DNA of 64,000 bases, taken from the NCBI GenBank assembly GCA_002269645.1, contig NIVC01003041.1, positions 8,669 through 72,668 of the forward strand, written 5' to 3'. The DNA comes from Macrostomum lignano (taxonomy: Eukaryota). The number at the start of each line of letters is the position of its first letter. Positions within the stretch are counted from its first letter, which is position 1. The notes beneath the pieces are model-generated. The model worked only from the letters and a program-made list of their open reading frames with translations. It was not told where the DNA came from and ran no database searches. The translations under genes and the position numbers were made by a program. Positions 45,391 to 58,600 of the stretch are shown here, piece by piece.

Positions 45391-48180
45391 TCCTATATAC
45401 TAAAAATGAGTTGTCTGTATGTATGTATGTATGTATGTATATGGGTATGCAATTGATTTCAGAAAAATTGGCTCAACCGATTTTTTTCAAACTTGCACCA
45501 TTCGATCAGAAATTTTCCTGGGACGGTACATGCATCTTGGCTAAGAAATTGCTCAATGTTAAAGGGATTAAATATTCGAAAAACATGCTTTTTTGCAAAG
45601 GTCAAGAAAATTTTTTGACTTGAAATGCATTGTAAGAATGCTAGAGAAAAAACTGACTGGCTGAATTTCAATTCTGATAAAGATTGCATCACAACAAGGT
45701 GAAAACAGTGCCACAGAAACGCACACAAGACTTGATTAAAATTGTGTAACAATATTGCTAACTTAAATTAAGACTGATACTGGCTGACTGAGAAATTGAT
45801 TATGTCATAAATTTTTACTCTAACCGACTTGCTGTAAGAATTGAATTATAAGGGCCACAATTCATGTGCTCCAATTGAAAAAAGATAGCCTAGATGCGAA
45901 CAGACTGGACTACTAATGTAGCGACCTGGGTTCGAATCTTGGTAGCGCAAAATGATTTTTTTATTAAAACACCTTAAAAACAAAAAACTGCTAAACATAA
46001 AAGAAGCGCAATGTCAAACATACAAGAGCCACCATGTCAAACATAAAAGAGCCACCATTTCGAACAAAAAAAAGAGTTACCATTAAGAACATTAAAGAGC
46101 CACCATGTCGAACATTAAAAAGCCATCATGTCAAACATAAAACAGACACCATTAAGAACATAAAAGAGCCACCATGTCAAAACATTAAAGAGCCACCATG
46201 TCAAACATAAAACAGACACCATAAAGAACATTAAAGAGCCACCATGTCGAACATAAAAGAACTACAATGTCAAACATTAAAGAGCCACCATGTCGAACAT
46301 TAAAAAGCCATCATGTCAAACATAAAACAGACACCAATAAAAACATTAAAGAGCCACCATGTCGAACATTAAAGAGCCATCATGTCAAACATAAAACAGC
46401 CACCATGTCAAACATTAAAGAGCCACCATGTAAAACATTAAAGAGCCACTATGTCGAACATAAAAGAGGTACCATGTCAAACATTGAAGAGCCACCATGT
46501 CGAACATAAAAGAGCCACCATGTCGAACATAAAAGAGCCACCATGTCAACCATAAAAGAACCACCACGTCAAGCATATACATTACTCCATGCCAAACATT
46601 AAAGAGCCACCATGCCAAACATTAAAGAGCCAGCATGTCAACCATAAAAGAGCCACCATGTCAAACATTATTGAGCCACCATGTCAGACATTAAAGAGCC
46701 ACCATGCCAAACATAAAAGAGCCACCATGTCGAACATAAAAGAGCCACCATGTCAAACATAAAAGAGCCACCATGTCGAACATTATTGAGCCACCATGTC
46801 GAACATAAAAGAGCCACCATGCCAAACATAAAAGAGCCGCCATGTCAAACATAAAAAAGCCACCATGTCAACCATAAAAGAACCACCACGTCAAGCATAT
46901 ACATTACTCCATGTCAAACATTAAAGAGCCACCATGTCAAACATAAAAGAGCCACCATATCAAACATTAAAGAGCCACAATGTCAAAAATTAAAGAGCCA
47001 CCATGTCGAAGATTAAAGTGCTACCATGTCAAACATAGAAGAGCCACCATGTCAAACATTAAAGAGCCACAATGTCAAACACAAAAGAGCCACCATGTCA
47101 AACATAGAAGAGACACCATGTCGAACAACTGAGCCATCATGTCAAACATAACAGAGACACCATGTCAAACATTAAAGAGCCACCATGTCAAACATTAAAG
47201 AACCACGATGTCAATCATTAAAGAGCCACTATGTCAAACATATACGTGACTCCATGTCAAACATTAAAGAGCTACCATGTCAAACATAGAAGAGCCACCA
47301 TGTCAAACATAGAAGAGACACCATGTGTTCATGTCAAACATAGAAGAGCCACCATGTCAAACATAAAAAGAAGTGTCATGCCAAACAAAATGGAGCCACT
47401 ATAAAGCTAAGGAAATTATTGCACTAGCTACTTGATGTCTGGTGGATGCTTGCTATTTAAGGATGGATACTTGCTATCAGGGGGATGCTTGCTATCTGAG
47501 TGATGCTTGCTATTGGGGGAGGGATGCTTGCTATCGGAAGAATGCTTGCTATCTGGGGTAACTTGCTATTGGGGATGCTTGCTCTTGGGAGTGGAGGGTA
47601 CTTGCTATCTGAGAGGGGGTTGCTAGCTATCTATAAGGATTCTTTGTATCCAGGGATGCTTGCTATCTGGCGGATGGTTGCATGCTGTCTGGGGATGCTT
47701 GCATGCTGTCTGGGGATGCTTGCTATCTGGGCGATTCTTGCTATCTGGGAGATGCTTGCTATCTGGGGGATGCTTGCATGCTGTCTGGGGATGCTTGCTA
47801 TCTGGGGGATTCTTGCTATCTGGGGGATGCTTGAGTGCTGTCTGGGGATGCTTGCTATATCTGGGGGATTCGTGCTATCTGGGAGATGCTTGCATGCTGT
47901 CTGGGGATGCTTGCTATCTGGGGGATGCTTGCTATCTGGAAGATGCTTGCATGCTGTCTGGGGATGCTTGCTATCTGGGGGATTCTTGCTATTTGGGGGA
48001 TGCTTGCTATCTGGGAGATGCTTGCATGCTATCTGGGAGATGCTTGCATGCTGTCTGGGGATGTTTTCTTTACAGATGGAATGTCTGTTGTCTTTGTGAA
48101 AGCTTTATTTCGCTGTATTTTTGTTACTTTTAGAGAACAGATATTCTATTTAGATGTCCCCATCGGGGGGCGAAGATTGC
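45391..48180 (+). mobile_element. Helitron C with two minisatellites
   Basis: A|TCCTATATACTAAAAATGAG start, preceded by an abortive head at 45364. Carries the (aaagagccaccatgtcaaacat)n array at ~46000-47390 and the (gggatgcttgctatct)n array at ~47450-48060. Ends at the hairpin ccccatcgggggg. Duplicate at 58975-61763. Confidence 0.7.
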
Positions 48181-48470
48181 TTATATACTAAAAATGAAAT
48201 GTCTGTGTGTATGTGTGAGATAGATTCCAGAAAAAACGGCTCAATCGATTTTCTTCAAACTTGCACCATTCAATCAGAAATTTTCCTGGGACGGTACATG
48301 CATCTTGGCTAAGAAATTGCTCAATGTTAAAGGGATTAAATATTCGAAAAACATGCTTTTTTGCAAAGCTCAAGAAAATTGCAATTTCCCCAGACAGAAG
48401 TGAGCCGCTCTGCATAGAAAGTCATAAAAAGCGAAGCCCAAAGGCGAGAGCCGGCCTCCCCCTCCAACAC

Positions 48471-49336
48471 ATGGCCGCTAGCGGCAGTGGTCAGCGGACC
48501 TTCGGCAAGGCTAACGGCGCCTCCAGTGGCAGCAGAAACCTGCGTGTACCGCACCTGAGCGTCCACGCCTCATCCGCGTCAAGCATGCGGGGCCAGCGCA
48601 TCAGCAGCGGCAGCGGCGCCAACGCCCTCGTGAGCTTCGCACCGCACGGCTACTCGCCCAGCCCGAGCCAGGCCTCGGAGCTGCTGGACCTGCAGCGGGG
48701 CAACTCCTGGGCCCCGGAGGTGAGCAGTCGAGGGCTGCCACCGCGCCCGCCGCGGACGGGACCAGCGTGTTTCGCTCCCGAGTCAGCGTCAACTTCCGGC
48801 AAGCACTGGCGGAGGCCAAAGAGCGCACGGCGTCGCGTCGACTGACAGCGCAACAGGTGCGCGAGCAGCGGCGGTCCAACAACCAGGCGGAGTCGGTCAG
48901 CCGGCTGGACGCGGACACGCTGGTTGAGGAAGAAGACGCCGACATTGAAGCGGATGAAGTGTTCAACGAAGCGGCCGAGGTGGCGGAACTGGCACCACCA
49001 CCGGACCCGGGATCCGTTAGCGACCCGCGGCGGCGACGGGCGCTCCAGCGATGGGGCCTCATGCGCGACGTCATTGAGGAGATTCACAGGGAGCGGCACG
49101 CCAAGAAGACCGAGGGCTGGAGCATGTTTTTCAAGCACGTGCGGGCGATGAGCGAGGCAGAGAAAACCCGACAGGACCTCTATGAGCGTTATAACATCTT
49201 CGGCGATGGCAAATCCGACTTCATGACCAACCTGCCGGTTATACCGGACGAGCTGTTGCTGGCTGCTGGCATTCCTTTGCCCTCGAGCCGCTCCAAGCGA
49301 CAGACTCGGATTGTCAAGCGGCCGCTAAAGCGATGA
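48471..49336 (+). pseudogene. Duplicate of the 34889 gene with a 1-bp deletion (or sequencing error)
   Basis: gggccccggagg (C4, 48712-48715) versus gggcccccggagg in copy 1. The rest is essentially identical. Confidence 0.6.
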
Positions 49337-50057
49337 CGCGGTGATCAAGCGATCGAGTTGTTTTTCGACGCGAGTTCTTTAGCGGGAAACTCTAGTGCAT
49401 TAATTCTTGGACTTGAAATGGATGAAACTATTTTGCTTATTTTGTTCTGTACACGGAATGGAATAGAGTTCCATTTCTTCGTGATTCGTAAAAATAAATA
49501 AATATACATACATAAATCAAATTTCGTTGGAAGAAAACTTTATTCCGAAAGCGATTAAAAGAAAAGCCTTCAGAAAATACAATAGAATAACGTACATGCA
49601 TAAGGCTTGTATAGTTTTTGATAATCTAATGGTTTGATCGATGATTATCCGTCCTAAATCAATTGCTTAATATTAAAAATTACTGCACATGCATTTCCGA
49701 ATTTTTTTATTAAACGAACTTATTTTTTGTTTTATTAATTTTTTTTATACATATTGTTAGCTTTTAAATTATATTTGGCATTCTGTAAAAATTATATTTA
49801 CTAAACCTAGTAAAATGCTTTTTACTAAGTTTTAACTGAATATCATTGTTAAACTTTTACAAGTTCTATGAAAGTATTGCTTTTTGAAGTGTGCTGAATT
49901 AGCAATTTAATTCTGATTCTACGGTCTGAACTGAACTCAGCACTCAGGGGGTAAATTGTCGGTGCTTATTATTTTTAAGGTTAGGGCCTAGGCATGTGCC
50001 ATGTCTGAAGTGCTTTTAAAGGGCACTCAGACTAGCTAATATTCTTGTAGGTTAGTA

Positions 50058-50462
50058 GGCAATCTTTTACTTTACTGCGTTTAATTATTTTTCGCCGAAA
50101 AATATCGTGGCTTGCAGAACCACGATGTCGTGAATCATCGACTCCATTTTGCCCACCCTAACGACCCATCGATCCACACAAACACCATTGAGGGGTCGTG
50201 GGCCCATGTCAAGGCAAAGTTCCGGGCGATGCATGGCACTTCCGAAGCTCTGTTTGAAAGCCATCTCAGCGAGTATCTCTGGCGCCGGCTCTTTCCTAGA
50301 AAGGAGTTTGGCAACTTCCTGTACTGGTTGGCTCATTATTACTGACTAATTGACTTACCTGAGAGTTAAAGACACTTACCTTTTATCCTCCTACCATCTT
50401 TATGTTCTGAAATTTAAAAAGAACCATTAAAAAAATTAAACACAGTAAAGTAAAAGATTGCC
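50058..50462 (+). mobile_element. Merlin-like remnant, duplicate copy
   Basis: Same as 36477-36881. Confidence 0.75.
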
Positions 50463-51022
50463 GCCTAGGGCCTACTCAAAATTTAATTTATGCCAATCAG
50501 CCCTATTGTCTAGACCTATGTCCTATATCTAAAATTAGTTAGTTTTGATAGGATCATAATTTTCTCTTTTTATTTTATGGTAGACAAATTATTAAAACTA
50601 TAAATCTTTTTCTATAGCTGTATAGGCAACTAGATATTTCTATCAATAAAAATGGTAGGGCTTACTATTATATTAAGAACAGGAAATTTTGGTTAAAAAG
50701 TTGGATTTTCATTAAAAAATTATAAATTAAGAAAACAAGACTATAAAAATGGTACTAGGCCTACCATACAATGGAAATTTTTATAGAATACAAGCTGTTG
50801 AAACCCGCGGATTTTGAACCCGGGGAATTCCAATCCCCGGAACTACTTTTGCATGTATTCTGAAATCTAAGGCCATTCACAAACAAATTAATGTTAGTAG
50901 GATAGAGCTGTAGACATAAAATGGAGCACATTCGTGTAAAATTAGGGTTTGAGGCAAACGTTGATATTGTTTGCTGGGGTACTCCACAGAATGCCAGGCA
51001 ATGTCTGTCTCTGACTCTAAAA

Positions 51023-51730
51023 CATGTATTGGCAAACTCTGGCCTCTCCCTGACTTTCCCTATGTCCCTTGGATCCTTTAAAATTTCTATCGTCTCTTCT
51101 GTTTCCTTTCTTCTCTCTCATCCCTCGTCTCTCGTCTCTCGTCTCTCTTCTCTTCTCGCGTATTTTCCCTCATCTCTCTTCTCTTTCATCTCTCTTATCT
51201 CATCTCTTCCCTATTCTTTTCTCTCTCCTCTCTTCTCTTCTTTCTACTTTTCGTTTTCTCTCTGCTCTCCTTTCTCCTCTCTACTCTTTCGTTTTCTCTC
51301 TCCTCTCCTCTCTCCTCTCTCCCATCTTCTTTCGTATATTCCCTCTCATCTTTCTTCTCTTTCATATCTCTTATCTCATCTCTTCCCTCTTCTTTTCTCT
51401 CTCCTCTCCCCTCTCCTCTCTCCCCCTCTTCTCTCATCTCTTCCTTGTCCTCTCTATTCTTTTCTCTCTTCTCTTAACTCTCTCCTCTACTCTCTCATCT
51501 CTCCTCTCTATTCTTTCCTCTCTCTCTCCTCTCTCCCCTCTTCTCTCGTCTCTTCCCTCACATCTTTCCTCTCTCTCTTTCCTCTCATCTCTTTTCTTGT
51601 TTTATCTCTTCTCTCTCCCCTTGTCGCTTGTCTCTTCCTTCACCTCTCTTCTCTCTCGTCCGCTCTTTTATCTCTCCTTTCTCTTCTTTTATCTTTTCTC
51701 TCTTATCTCTTCTCGTTACTCTCTGCTCTG

Positions 51731-51813
<83 letters not shown>

Positions 51814-52624
51814 CCCATCTCTATTCTCTCTACTCTCTCCCCTCTTCATTCTCCTATTTCCTCTTCTCTCTCCCTGTCTCTCCTCTCTCCTCTAGTCTCT
51901 GTAATCTCTTCTCTCTTATCTCTCCTCTGTTCTCTCTACTCTCCCATCTCTCGTCTGTTCATCTGCTCTCTCATCTGTCATCTTTACTCTCTTATACGTT
52001 CTCTCACTTATCTCCTCTGTACTCTTCTCTTTCACCTCTTCTGACTCCTCTCTTTCCTTACTCCTTTCTTCTTTTCTCTTCCCTCTTCTCTATACTCTCT
52101 CTCCTCTATTATCTTCTCTCGTCTCTCTGCACTCTCCTTTCACCTTTTTCTCTCATCTCTTCTTTGATCTGTCTCATCTCTACAATCTCATCTCTTTCCT
52201 CTCTCCTCCTCTTCCCTTTACTCTCTCATCTCTCCTTTCTCCCCTCTTCTTTCACCACTCTCTTATCTCTATCTCTTCTCTTCTCACTCCTCTCTCCCCT
52301 CTTATCTCCTCTCTTCTCTATCCTTTCTACTCTCTCCTCTCTAATCTCTTCTCTCCTCTTGACCCTCTGTCATCTTCTTTCTGCTCTCTCATCTCTATTC
52401 TCTTCTCAATCTTCTCTACTCTCCTCTCTCATCGATCCTCTGTCTCATCTCTCCCCTCTTCTCACCTTTACTCTTTCCTCTCCTTCCTTTCTCCCCTCCT
52501 CTCGCTTCTTCCTCCCTTCTTCTCTGCTCTCTCCTCGCCACTTTTCCTTTTCACTCTCATCTGGCCCGCAGCCATGAGCTGGATTCTTTATCTGGCCTTT
52601 GAGATAAAAATCTGCCAATCCCTG
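51023..52624. mobile_element. hAT-like MITE with CT-rich core, duplicate copy
   Basis: Same as 37442-39042. Confidence 0.65.
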
Positions 52625-55600
52625 CTTCGAAAGTACTATCATGGTTGTTATCATTTCTTATGCTTTAATCACGTCATTTTTCTGGCCAATTAGCAGCCCT
52701 GAGAGGAATTTGTGTATCTCCATTCTCCAGCTCCACCACCACAGTCTGCAGCAGTCTAACAACCAAGGAAATACGCATTTCTTAGGAGGCCATTTAAATT
52801 TTAAAGTTACCTTATGCGAATCTTAATGTTAAAATTTTCATGGTGTAACTAATTTAGTAGGATTGCATTGTAATCAGTTATTCATTAATTTTTCGCTATT
52901 TTTATAAACCATCCCACATCGCCTTGATTTGCCATCCTTGTTTAACTGCTGCGACTTGTTTATACAGAGGAAAGTAGTTTGAATCTCTCGCTAAACTCTC
53001 TCCTCTCCACGCCTCTCCACTCGCGGGGTACAGAGACGGCAATTAAAAAGTTATTCCAAAATACTGTACATTCGCTATGTACATTGAGCCCTATCGCCTG
53101 ACCCTTCGTCTGGGCTGGGGGAATGAGTGAGTGAGTGGCACAAACAACAGAAAAAGCAGACAAACTTCACATGCTTACAGTTTCTGTTCTGATTGAGTTA
53201 GAGAGTTGAAACTTTACATTTAGACAGAGAATGAATCAAAGAAGAATTGTGTTAAGTTAGAAGTCAATCGCTTCACGTGGAGCAAACTTATGGCAGCCGA
53301 AAGTTAGTCATTTTAAAACCTATTTACACCCTTTGCCCAGATCGGGAAAGAGGCAGGCGGGCGGAAGTTGGGATGGCTGTCTCACTGAAAAAAACAGCCA
53401 AACTTTAAAAGTGCACAGCGCCGTTCAGGATTAACTTTTAGACTCGAAATTTTACACGATTGTGTCAAAATAGTTGAAAATTGATTGTGTCAAATTTGAA
53501 GAGGATCGGTAGAAGTGGAGCGGCGCTAAGGAGGCTTTAGTAAAAAAATCGCGCATTTTGAGCAGTTTTTTGCACTTTTAGGTGGGAAGACTCAAATTTA
53601 GGAAATTAAAAAGTAGCCTAAGACATTCTCCGTAGTGAGTTTAGGGTGGGTGTAAAATTTGGTGTCATTTGGTTGAGCGGTTTAGGAGTCCATAGCGATC
53701 AAAATTGTCCACACACAGACAGACAGACAGAGTTTTGATTTTTATAGGTAGAGATAATTTTTTATTTCCTATATACTAAAAATGAGTTGTCTGTATTGCT
53801 TGCTTGCTTGTAATCGATTAGAGAAAAAATGGCTGGACCGATTTTGTTTGAACTTGCACTGTTCGATCAGAAATTTTCCCGTGACTGTACATGCATCGTG
53901 GCTAAGAAATTGCTCGATGCTAAAGGCATTAAATATTCGAAAAACATGCTTTTTTGCAAAGGTCAAGTTTTCGACTTGAAATGCATTGTAAGAATGCTAG
54001 AGAAAAAATTGACTGGTTGATTCTGATTCTGAAATAGATTGCATCATAACTGAATTGTAACTCCGACTTGAATTGAAAATGCAGTGTGGAAGCGTAGCAC
54101 CAGACTTGATTTAAATTGCGTAACCATATTGTTAACTGATACTGACTGACTGAGAAACTGATTATGTCATAACTGCTTCGTGTGATTTGCTCGATGCTTG
54201 GATTTTAAAGTGTTGAATTATATAAGTGCAAAATTTCATGTTATCAAAACGATGAGAGCTAGCCTAGAGGTGAACAGACTGAACTGCTAAATGCAGCGAC
54301 GATGGTTCGAATTTTCATAGAGTATAATTTTTTTAATTAAAGCTTTTCAACGTCAGGAAAACTAAAAGACTTTTTAAAAAGAAGCGTCATGTAAAAATCA
54401 TAAAAGCGTCATGTAAAAAATCATAGAAGCGTCATGTAAACAATCATAGAAGCGTCATGTAAAAAATCGTAAAAGCGTCATATAAAAATCATAGAAGCGT
54501 CATTTAAAAACTCATAGAAGCGTCATGTAAAAAATTATAGAAGCGTCATGTGAACAATCATAAAAGCGTCATGTAAACAATCATAGAAGCGTCATGTAAA
54601 CAATCATAGAAGCGTCATGTAAACAATCATAGAAGCGTCATTTAAAAAATCATAGAAGCGTCATGTAAAATCATAGAAGCGTCATTTAAAAATCATAGAA
54701 GCGTCATGTAAACAATCATAGAAGCGTCATTTAAAAATCATAGAAGCGTCATTTAAAAATCATAGAAGCGTAATTTAAAAAATCATAGAAGCGTCATGTA
54801 AACAATCATAGAAGCGTCATATAAAAATCATAGAAGCGTCATGTAAACAATCATAGAAGCGTCATGTAAAAAATCATAGAAGCGTCATGTAAACAATCAT
54901 AGAAGCGTCATGTAAACAATCATAGAAGCGTCATGTAAAAAATCGTAGAAGCGTCATATAAAAATCATAGAAGCATCATTTAAAAAATCATAGAAGCGTC
55001 ATGTAAAAAATCGTAGAAGCGTCATATAAAAATCATAGAAGCGTCATTTAAAAAATCATAGAAGCGTCATGTAAAAAATTATAGAAGCGTCATGTGAACA
55101 ATCATAAAAGTGTCATGTAAACAATCATAGAAGCGTCATGTAAACAATCATAGAAGCGTCATGTAAACAATCATAGAAGCGTCATTTAAAAGATCATAGA
55201 AGCGTCATGTAAACAATCATAGAAGCGTCATTTAAAAAATCATAGAAGCGTCATGTAAACAATCATAGAAGCGTAATTTAAAAAATCATAGAAGCGTCAT
55301 GTAAACAATCATAGAAGCGTCATTTAAAAATCATAGAAGCGTAATTTAAAAAATCATAGAAGCGTCATGTAAACAATCATAGAAGCGTCATATAAAAATC
55401 ATAGAAGCGTCATGTAAACAATCATAGAAGCGTCATGTAAACAATCATAGAAGCGTCATGTAAAAAATCGTAGAAGCGTCATATAAAAATCATAGAAGCG
55501 TCATGTAAAAAATCATAGAAGCGTCATGTAAACAATCATAGAAGCGTCATGTAAACAATCATAGAAGCGTCATGTAAACAATCATAGAAGCGTCATGTAA

Positions 55601-58600
55601 AAAATCATAGAAGCGTCATGTAAACAATCATAGAAGCGTCATTTAAAAAATCATAGAAGCGTCATGTAAACAATCATAGAAGCGTCATGTAAAAAATCAT
55701 AGAAGCGTCATTTAAAAATCATAGAAGCGTAATTTAAAAAATCATAGAAGCGTCATGTAAACAATCATAGAAGCGTCATATAAAAATCATAGAAGCGTCA
55801 TGTAAACAATCATAGAAGCGTCATGTAAAAAATCATAGAAGCGTCATGTAAACAATCATAGAAGCGTCATGTAAACAATCATAGAAGCGTCATGTAAAAA
55901 ATCGTAGAAGCGTCATATAAAAATCATAGAAGCATCATTTAAAAAATCATAGAAGCGTCATGTAAAAAATCGTAGAAGCGTCATATAAAAATCATAGAAG
56001 TGTCATTTAAAAAATCATAGAAGCGTCATGTAAAAAATCATAGAAGCGTCATGTGAACAATCATAAAAGCGTCATGTAAACAATCATAGAAGCGTCATGT
56101 AAACAATCATAGAAGCGTCATGTAAACAATCATAGAAGCGTCATTTAAAAGATCATAGAAGCGTCATGTAAACAATCATAGAAGCGTCATTTAAAAAATC
56201 ATAGAAGCGTCATGTAAACAATCATAGAAGCGTAATTTAAAAAATCATGAAGCGTCATGTAAACAATCATAGAAGCGTCATGTAAACAATCATAGAAGTG
56301 TCATTTAAAAAATCATAGAAGCGTCATTTAAAAATCATAGAAGCCTCATTTATAAACTAATGAAAGTGTCATTTAAAAAATTAAGAAGCATCATGGTAGA
56401 ATAAAAGAAGCATCATGTCAGACATGAAGGGTGTCATGTAAAAGTTAAATGCAGCTATAATGCTGTGCTGGGGAGAAAAACTGAGACGTAAAGGCTCTCA
56501 GAGAATATGAGACGTAAAGGCTCTCAGAGAATAACTGAGATTACGGGGGGGGGGGGTTTCTGAGATGTCAAAGCAAAAGTCAGAAGCTACTTCAAAGTTC
56601 ATGTACTTTACTCAATTTTTTATTGCATTCTTTGTTGGCTCGCCATGGGGGGGGCGCTGATAGAAGAAGAGTCATGTAAAAAATAAAAGTAGCACTATGT
56701 ATACATAAAAGAAAAGTCATGTCGAAGTTAAAAGATTCATTTGGGAATTGCTACGATGTCAAAGCTTGGTGGAAATCGTTATAGTGCTGTGATTCTTAAA
56801 GAAGGAATCACTAAAATGTCAAGGCTTAGGGGAGAAGAATTGCTGAGATTTCAAGGCTTTAGGTTGGGTTAAAGTTAGGTTAGGTCAGGTTTGGGTTGAG
56901 GGTTATATTTTATCGGGTTTCAAGGTTAACAGGGGATTTTTTAGTTTTCAAGGTTTATGGGGGCCATCGCTGACATGTCAAGGCTTACGGGGGGAATAGC
57001 TGAGATGTCAAGGCTCACGGGGGTATAAATGAGATTTCAAGGCTAAAGTCAGAAGCTACATGTAGTTTATTGAAAACTTATTGTAACTTTTTATTACATT
57101 ATTTGATGCCTCCCCAGGGGAGGGATCGCTGATAATAAAAAAGCGTAATGTAAAAAATAAAAGAAGCTTCATGTCGAAGTTAAGAGATTCATTTGGGAAT
57201 CCCTACGATGTCGAGGCTTGTAGGAATCGCTATAATCCTGTAGTAGTGCTATTATGACTCTTAGAGAGAATTACTGAAATTTCAATGCTTTAGGGTTAGG
57301 TTAGGGTTATGGTTAGGGTTAGGGTTAGGGTTAGGCTAGGGTTAGGGTTAGAAGGTTGACAGATATTTTTAGATTTCCAAGGCTTATTGGGGGCATTGCT
57401 GAGATGTCAAGGGGGGAAGTTGATATGTTAAAGCTTGTGGGGGGGAATTACTGACATGTCAAGGCTTACAAGGTTTGACAGGAGATTTTTTAAGATTTCA
57501 AGGATACATGTAGCTTATTAAAAAAACGTGTATTGCATTTCTTTGGCTCCCCAACGGGGGGCGTAGATTGCTAGTCCTATATACTAAAAATGAGTTGTCT
57601 GTATGTGTGAGTGAGATTAATTTCAGAAAAAAGGGCTCAATTGATTTTTTTCAAACTTTCACCATTTGATCAGAAATTTTTCTGGGACAGTACATGCATC
57701 TTGGCTAAAAAATTGCTCAATGTTAAAGGGATTAAATATAAAAAAAAACTATGCTTTTTTGCAAAGGTCAAGCAGAATTTTTTACTTGAAATGCATTGTA
57801 AAAATGCTAAAGAAAAACCTGATTGACTGTGAGGTAAAGGTGGAGAAGATTTAACAAGATTTGAAATTGGAGGTCGGCCGGTAATTCTTCGAAAACCGGT
57901 AGCGTTGCGTTTGCACGAATAAAACCGGAAAATCGCACAGACAAATCACAACGAAATTCTTCTCCTTTACTCCAACTGCCAGGTTCTCAAGTCCGGGGGG
58001 AGGGTAGTTGTAATTGTAGCGGAGCGGTCGTAGAGCGGCACGGTCGTTCAGTTGTAGAAACACCGGGGTAGATTTGACACCGTAGTAATCTTTTGTCGGT
58101 TTGCTGAGCTTGTTACTGTCAGTAGGGTAGATGCTGCCACCACTGTAATTTACGTATTACGGAACGTTTAATGGTCTCAGAGCTTTCTTTAGATGAGACT
58201 GATTGGTTGTTTTACACCCACAGGCAAAGGATTCAAGATAGGCTATGGCTTAAGTCAACGGAAAAAATATTAAATGTTAAATTGTCGTTATTTATTAAAG
58301 CAAATATTATTATTAGTTTTTGCAGGTTAATTTTGGATTAAAGTAAAATTTATTGACGGATGACTTCACTGGTGCTGGTGCGCTAATAAACTAGCAAGAT
58401 AGTGGGGAGAGATTTCCAAAAGGCTAGAAAGGAAGGAGTAGAGAGAGACAACTGAGCATGAGTAGTTATATAAGCAAATAGTAAGGTAACAACCAATGCA
58501 TGAGGCAAAAATGAACCAACAAGGGGGCCATGCAATGGTTATTGGAAAATTATAACCGAAACATATATAGAATCGCTTAAATTCCAATCAGTGAAAAGAC

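Larger units (their letters stand above)
34799..48380 (+). repeat. 13.58-kb tandem segmental duplication, unit 1
   Basis: Colinear with 48381-61963 at an offset of 13581-13586. Differences are a few substitutions (e.g. A35966 vs G49547), homopolymer indels and minisatellite rearrangements. Confidence 0.95.
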
